From Spirochaetota bacterium (GTDB taxonomy: Bacteria; Spirochaetota; UBA12135; COTS27; CBDBHE01): DNA of 64,000 nt. The notes under the pieces were generated by a model that had not been told where the DNA came from, searched no databases, and saw only the letters and a program-made list of their open reading frames with translations. Position 1 is the stretch's first letter; every line of letters starts with the position of its first letter. Location of the stretch: the NCBI GenBank assembly GCA_965205605.1, contig CBDBHE010000007.1:64001-128000 (forward strand), written 5' to 3'. Below are positions 58,745 through 64,000 of this stretch, piece by piece. The position numbers and the translations under genes are program-made.

Positions 58745-59582
58745 TTTTTTTCCGAAAATAAATATATTTTTTCAGATCTTTTTTTGAATAAAAAGGCTTA
58801 AGGGGTACCCCATGTCCGCCTATATTTCTTTTTCTTCTTCCTTCAATTAAAAAAGAAATGGTGTCAAAAGATTTTTTTGAAGAAGGAATGGTTAACAACG
58901 TCCATAAGAGTTGTTGAATCTGAAGATGCAGTCCTTTATCTCCATAACGATTGATTTCAAAAGCTTTATTAAAATCTAAAATCAAAACCCTGTTTTCAAT
59001 CCATGCTTTTCTTAAAATAATTTTTTTATTAAAAGAATCAAGCAGGCCTTCTTTAATTGACCGATAAGTGATAAGGTTTTTAATAATTTTAAAATAAGCA
59101 CTCTCTTGTTTAAAATTAATTTTAGCTTTATCTTTAACCGCTATAAATTGAATGCGATTTTTGCGATCATCCATCTTTGGAAAATAATAAAGGATTAATT
59201 GATTTTCTCTCTTGTTAGTTAAAAGAGGCTTTTCTTTAATGATTTTTTTTTCAATAGGTGTTTTTTTAGACTGCGTTTTTTTTTGAGAATAAGGGGTGAC
59301 TTGCTTAGACTTAGAAAAATGATTTGTTATGATTTCATAAAGATCAGAAAAAACAGAATTTTTTTGATAAAGCACCTGATAACGAACATAAAGAAAAGAA
59401 CTGGCTAAAATAAAAAAAATAATTAAATAAAATCTAAATCGGTAATTAGGCTTAAGCATTTTAGAAGGTGGTTTTTTTGCAAAAAAAGCAGATTGATCAA
59501 CTCGAAGAAAATTTGAATAAGCCGGTTTTGAATCAAGTTTTGAATTTTCTTGATGACTTTTGTTAAAATCAAAATACTTCAT
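58737..59582 (-). CDS. GerMN-domain membrane protein
   Basis: Single TM; LILDFN..FE..YG..G..LQIQQLLWTL, ISFLIEG, IGGHG. Confidence 0.8.
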   Translation of the reverse strand: MKYFDFNKSHQENSKLDSKPAYSNFLRVDQSAFFAKKPPSKMLKPNYRFRFYLIIFFILASSFLYVRYQVLYQKNSVFSDLYEIITNHFSKSKQVTPYSQKKTQSKKTPIEKKIIKEKPLLTNKRENQLILYYFPKMDDRKNRIQFIAVKDKAKINFKQESAYFKIIKNLITYRSIKEGLLDSFNKKIILRKAWIENRVLILDFNKAFEINRYGDKGLHLQIQQLLWTLLTIPSSKKSFDTISFLIEGRRKRNIGGHGVPLKPFYSKKDLKKYIYFRKKNA

Positions 59583-59786
59583 TTTGTAATATTCTTAAGA
59601 AGATTATCGATATTTTTTTCAGTCGCATTATTTCTTTTTTAAGTTTTGAAAATTTTTAAAAAATATTCTTTAAAAAAAAAGCAGAAAAATCATAATATAA
59701 TCAAATCTTACTTGATAATTGACAAAAATAAAATTTCATATTTATTTTAAATACAACCTCTTGAAAATAGCAACATTAATCAAAAA

Positions 59787-60746
59787 ATGAAAAGCAATAC
59801 TATTAATTTAAAAAAAATCATTGATTATTCACAAAACACCAATGACAACCTTAAGATCAATTTAATTTCTAAAAATCACACATTAAATCGCCCTATTTCT
59901 CCAATTGAAATTAATCGACCAGGTTTAAGCTTAGTAGGATTCTATGATTATTTTGCTTATCACCGTATCCAAGTCATTGGTCAAGGAGAATATGCTTATC
60001 TTAAAAAGATAAAAACAGATTCTCAAAAAAAAGAACTCAAAAAAATGTTTTCTTATGAGATTCCTTGTTTTATTTTTTCTCATAAAAACATACCCCCTAA
60101 TTTTTTTATCGAAATGGCAAAAGAAAAAAAAATCCCTGTTGCTGTTTCAGAATTAGAAACAGGCCATTTGATTAAATTGATTAAAAATTCATTTAGAAAA
60201 ATTTTAGCTCCCAAAATTATTTATCATGGAGTCATGATGGAGCTTTATGGAATGGGTGTCCTTGTTACTGGAGAACACGGCATCGGTAAAAGTGAATGTT
60301 GTTTAGAAATTATTGAAAAAGGGCATCTTTTTATCGCTGATGATGTCATTGATATTAGACTGCTTGAAAACAATGCTTTAATGGCTTCTGGGTCTAAAGT
60401 GATCGCTCATCATATGGAGATACAAGGGATTGGGATTATTAATATTGCCCATCTTTTTGGCGTAGGTTCTATTAGAAATGAAAAAGAAATTGACTTAATC
60501 ATTCATTTAGAAACCTATGAAGCTAAAAAACATTATGAAAGAATTGGTCTTAAAACTAATAAAAAAGAAATCTTAGGAGTTAAAATCCCCATTGTAACCA
60601 TTCCGATACAGCCGGGTACCAACTTACCTGTCTTAATAGAAACTGCCACTATGAATCAAAGGCTTAAAACAAATGGATACAATACAGCTAAAGAATTTAG
60701 TAAAAAATTAATAGACTATCTTGAAGAAGGAAAAAATATCTTTTAA
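59787..60746 (+). CDS. hprK: HPr kinase/phosphorylase
   Basis: NRPGLSL.G, HGV, GEHGIGKSE, IADD, HMEIQGIGIINI. Confidence 0.96.
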   Translation: MKSNTINLKKIIDYSQNTNDNLKINLISKNHTLNRPISPIEINRPGLSLVGFYDYFAYHRIQVIGQGEYAYLKKIKTDSQKKELKKMFSYEIPCFIFSHKNIPPNFFIEMAKEKKIPVAVSELETGHLIKLIKNSFRKILAPKIIYHGVMMELYGMGVLVTGEHGIGKSECCLEIIEKGHLFIADDVIDIRLLENNALMASGSKVIAHHMEIQGIGIINIAHLFGVGSIRNEKEIDLIIHLETYEAKKHYERIGLKTNKKEILGVKIPIVTIPIQPGTNLPVLIETATMNQRLKTNGYNTAKEFSKKLIDYLEEGKNIF

Positions 60747-60752
60747 TACAAA

Positions 60753-61010
60753 GTGCAGCACTTCACAATAACCATTAAACATCTCCAAGGGATTCATTTA
60801 AAACCCGCCACTAAAATAATTAATATCCTAAAAAAATACCCTAACACAAAAATAGAAATCAAAAAAGAAACCGAAAAAATTGAAGCAACTTCTATTATCA
60901 ATATCTTAAGCCTCAATCTATCCTATCAAAAAGAAGTCACTCTTTATATCGAAGGGGAAGAAGAAGAAAAATGCTCCCAAGAATTAAAAAAAATTTTTCA
61001 AGACACTTAA
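60753..61010 (+). CDS. ptsH: HPr-family phosphocarrier
   Basis: GIHLKPA (His15), ATSIINILSL (Ser46), GEEE. Confidence 0.85.
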   Translation: MQHFTITIKHLQGIHLKPATKIINILKKYPNTKIEIKKETEKIEATSIINILSLNLSYQKEVTLYIEGEEEEKCSQELKKIFQDT

Positions 61011-61292
61011 ATTAAAAAAAAACAATTCAGTTTTATTTATATTATTTTCAAAAAACAAACTTTAAACTTTTTTACTTAAAAAGAAATTTTCATCGATTCT
61101 AAAAAATAGCTCATTAACTTTTTCTTTTTCTCGATACTCTTTTTAAAAAGCGATGATTTTCTTCCCTCAAAAAAAAACCATAACAAAAGTCAAAACCCAT
61201 TTTCATTTAATTTATAAAATGATCCCCGGAGAACTCAAAATAACGACTTCTTATGAATTTAATTTTCAAGGTAATTTTTTTCAGTCTTTTGT

Positions 61293-62000
61293 TTAAGGTA
61301 ATTTTTTTTTTAATTCATTTAAATAATCTTGAGTCTGCTTAACTAATGTTGATTTTAATTGATTGATTGATGCTGGCTTATTTAACACTTCTTCTAAAAA
61401 TAAATAACTTGTCTTTTTGCCTTGAACAAAAGATTCTTTTAAATAATCTTCTAGCCTACGGTCCCTTTTATAAACAGGAATAGATCCATGTTGCAAAAAT
61501 CCATTTTGACCTCTTTTTTGAGCAGAGCCAATTAATTTTTTTCCTTTGACGGTAATCTCAAACACTCCATGATATTGATAACAAATAGCCGAACGTTTTT
61601 CTCTAGGCAATTTTTTTCTAACAAGATCCGCCTTAATTCCTAAAGAATTTAGAAATTTCAAAAGTAAATCAGCTATTTTTTCATAACTTTCAAACAGCCC
61701 CCCCCCTAAATACACACTGTCATTAGACGCTGCAATTGAATAAGTAATCTCTCTATAATGATAAACAGCCAACCCTCCTGTAATACGCTTAACAATTTCT
61801 ACCTCTTCTTCTTGACAGACTTCCTCTTTTAAAATCGATGAATCTTGGGAAAACCCTAAAGAAATACAAGGGCTTTTCCATTCATAAAAACGAATAAAAT
61901 AATCTTCTTTTGACATTTCTTGAGATTTTTTAAAATTTTCTCCATCCAACTTCATGTTTTCCATCCCACTTAAAGGAGCATTTACTTCGATACGTTGCAT
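61293..62000 (-). CDS. Lipoate-protein ligase/octanoyltransferase family
   Basis: ENMKLD, RFYEW, RITGGLAVYH..EITYS, KKLIGSAQ, LQHGSI. Confidence 0.9.
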   Translation of the reverse strand: MQRIEVNAPLSGMENMKLDGENFKKSQEMSKEDYFIRFYEWKSPCISLGFSQDSSILKEEVCQEEEVEIVKRITGGLAVYHYREITYSIAASNDSVYLGGGLFESYEKIADLLLKFLNSLGIKADLVRKKLPREKRSAICYQYHGVFEITVKGKKLIGSAQKRGQNGFLQHGSIPVYKRDRRLEDYLKESFVQGKKTSYLFLEEVLNKPASINQLKSTLVKQTQDYLNELKKKLP

Positions 62001-62086
62001 TTTTTTAAAAAGAGATAAAATTTGTCTCTTCTTTACATTAACTCTAATCTATAAATTTTGTAACCTACTTTTTTGGAGAAATTACT

Positions 62087-62230
62087 ATGAAACAAACCAG
62101 CAATGAAAAAAACTTGATTGCGACAAATAAAAAAAAAAATAAACAATCTAATGAAATGATGTATTCTAATGCTTATGATGCTTATGATGCTTTACTAACT
62201 CATCATATTTTAAAAAAAACTCATTTCTAA
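62087..62230 (+). CDS. Candidate 47-aa small protein
   Basis: GGAG RBS before ATG; MKQTSNEKNLIATNKKKNKQSNEMMYSNAYDAYDALLTHHILKKTHF; stop abuts the convergent fapA stop. Confidence 0.35.
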   Translation: MKQTSNEKNLIATNKKKNKQSNEMMYSNAYDAYDALLTHHILKKTHF

Positions 62231-62233
62231 AAT

Positions 62234-63946
62234 TTAATAACTGACTTGCTTATCGGTTGCTTCATGATGTTCTTGGATAGGCGCTACGTTAATCCCATCG
62301 ATACTAGGATCATAAATATAGCAAGTAGGTGTATTGATGTTTTTTGATAACGTCTTTGTAGCATTTCTAATATTAATAACGACCCCTTCAAAAGCTTGCT
62401 GGAAAACTGCAATTCTTGCTTGATGGCTACCTTTTTCTATAGTGTGACGAAGATATCGAATTTCACTTTCAATTTCTTTTCTTTGCTGTAAGTATTCTTT
62501 CAGTTTGATTAGGTTTTCTTTAATCGCTTGAATTTTTTGAGGATTAGAAGCCACTTTTAAAAGGAAAGCTTTAGGATTTTTAAAATAACCTTCCCCAATA
62601 TTACTTTTATATTTAAAAATATGATTATTATTTTCTTTAAGAGAGGCTTCATACCCAATTATTTTAGCAACCACTCTAGGGTTATATCCTACAGAAAGGA
62701 CTGTTTTAATTGCATTAACATTACCTACAATAGCAGACTGTATTCCTTTATACGCTTCTAGTACCCCCCCAATAATTTTTCCTTTTTGAAGATTTTCAAC
62801 AATAATCATTCCACTAACAGAAGCATGACAATTCATTAAATACGTTTTAATAATCAAATCTCCCTCACATTGTATTTTAAAATTATTAGCATAACCAATA
62901 TGAACGCTTCCTTCGGCTTTAATGAAAGAATTGTCTCCTCCCATGACTCCCCCTCTAATAAAAATATCACGTTGGCTTTCAATATTAGCTTCTTCAACAT
63001 TCCCATTAATTTTAATCGTTCCTTTTGATTTAACCGAAAATCCTTTTGTCACATTTCCTTTAATCCAAACATTACTTTCTGAATCAATATTCCCTGTTGA
63101 AATATTGACATCACTACTAATCGTTTGTTCAGAAAGGACACTGAGTTTTTGCAACCGATTAATATCCAAAATTCCTTGGATTTCTGCATAAACCTTTTTT
63201 TCTTCTTCATCAATCTCAAGGCCTTTTCCTAAAGTATAAGTATTTATTTTTTCTGATTTTGGTTTAATTATCTCTCCAAAAATTGTTCTTCCATTTATTC
63301 CTTTTTGAGGGAGTTCATAGGTGGCAATTAATTCCCCTTTTTTTACATTACGAACGTAGTTTTTTTCTTTATAATTCATCTTCCCTGTTTTTTTTTCTAA
63401 TATCCCTAATTTGTTTTTATTGAGATCATAAACCATCTTAACAACCATCGGTCTTTGATGAACAACACCAAGCCCCTCGACAATGAGATGTCTTCCACCT
63501 ACATTAGAATTATAAGAACTCATGGCTTTATTAAAAGCTTGTGTATTATAAAGAATTTTAATTCCAAAAAGTTTCATTTCTTTTTCTAAGATTTCACTAT
63601 CTAAAACACTGTTTTGCGTGTCACTTGAAATAGGAATAATCACATAACCCTTCGTTCTATCTTTTGAATTAAAAAGAAATGAATAAACATTTACTCCTAA
63701 TTTTGTATAGTGAACAAAACCAGCCGCTAAAGAATATAAGGTTTTTTCATCTTTTTCATACCTAACTAAACCATTATAACGGATTTGAATGTCTCTTTTT
63801 TGTTTTAAAAGAGGCTGATCAGCAAGAACAAAATTTGTCGAAATTTCCTTTAACTGATCTAGATTGACTTCATCAGCTTCTTTAATAGCATTATATAAAT
63901 AAAGCGTGTCAACACCTTTATTGTAAAAATATTCTCCATCATACAT
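62234..63946 (-). CDS. FapA/DUF342-family flagellar assembly protein
   Basis: NYKEKNY..VKKGELIA, GRTIFGE, DVNISTGNI, beta-helix repeats, GKIIGG, coiled coil. Confidence 0.88.
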   Translation of the reverse strand: MYDGEYFYNKGVDTLYLYNAIKEADEVNLDQLKEISTNFVLADQPLLKQKRDIQIRYNGLVRYEKDEKTLYSLAAGFVHYTKLGVNVYSFLFNSKDRTKGYVIIPISSDTQNSVLDSEILEKEMKLFGIKILYNTQAFNKAMSSYNSNVGGRHLIVEGLGVVHQRPMVVKMVYDLNKNKLGILEKKTGKMNYKEKNYVRNVKKGELIATYELPQKGINGRTIFGEIIKPKSEKINTYTLGKGLEIDEEEKKVYAEIQGILDINRLQKLSVLSEQTISSDVNISTGNIDSESNVWIKGNVTKGFSVKSKGTIKINGNVEEANIESQRDIFIRGGVMGGDNSFIKAEGSVHIGYANNFKIQCEGDLIIKTYLMNCHASVSGMIIVENLQKGKIIGGVLEAYKGIQSAIVGNVNAIKTVLSVGYNPRVVAKIIGYEASLKENNNHIFKYKSNIGEGYFKNPKAFLLKVASNPQKIQAIKENLIKLKEYLQQRKEIESEIRYLRHTIEKGSHQARIAVFQQAFEGVVINIRNATKTLSKNINTPTCYIYDPSIDGINVAPIQEHHEATDKQVSY

Positions 63947-64000
63947 ATTAAAACCTAAATCAAAATCAATTTTTTATTCTCACACTAATTAAGTAAATAA

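Noticed and set aside
61153-61296. 47-codon ORF after HPr
   Set aside because: No RBS or homology cue; AT-rich chance ORF or remnant.
2358-63191. Many short overlapping ORFs in the track, mostly antisense (e.g. 2358-2657, 3221-3448, 39958-40320, 45464-46018, 62922-63191)
   Set aside because: They lie within or opposite well-supported genes and have no motifs; shadow ORFs.
1-64000. CRISPR array, rRNA, intact transposase, integrase or prophage
   Set aside because: No regularly spaced repeat-spacer series or recognisable genes of these kinds were seen.

Overview
Very AT-rich, homopolymer-rich bacterial chromosome segment (standard code). The gene content points to a diderm, flagellated organism, probably Spirochaetota (inference from flgB-flgC-fliE, FapA, GerMN/CBM48 proteins, a TP0789-like ABC module, HprK/HPr and rplU-prp-rpmA). 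It is mostly housekeeping (folD, galM, hisI, tgt, folE/queD, proA, plsX, rpmF, rplU/rpmA, glmS, purB, tsaE, tRNA-Thr) plus an LPS/surface-glycan cluster (~26.0-37.6 kb), a five-gene Lol-like ABC/outer-membrane module and a TonB-dependent receptor. The most notable accessory content is two secreted family-8 polysaccharide lyases (one Sec, one Tat). The first is bracketed by ~100-bp direct repeats that look like decayed IS630-type transposase fragments. Other notable items: a 223-bp MITE-like element with perfect 15-bp inverted repeats and a 6-bp target duplication next to an Mrr pseudogene, a sigma-54 promoter with an upstream palindrome before hsp20, an EF-hand-type loop in the TonB receptor, a Prp-like protease whose L27 partner has no cleavable leader, and several frameshifted or decayed genes. 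No CRISPR array, rRNA, intact IS or prophage was seen. I cannot claim a clearly new multi-gene system; the best leads are ranked by interest score in the findings.
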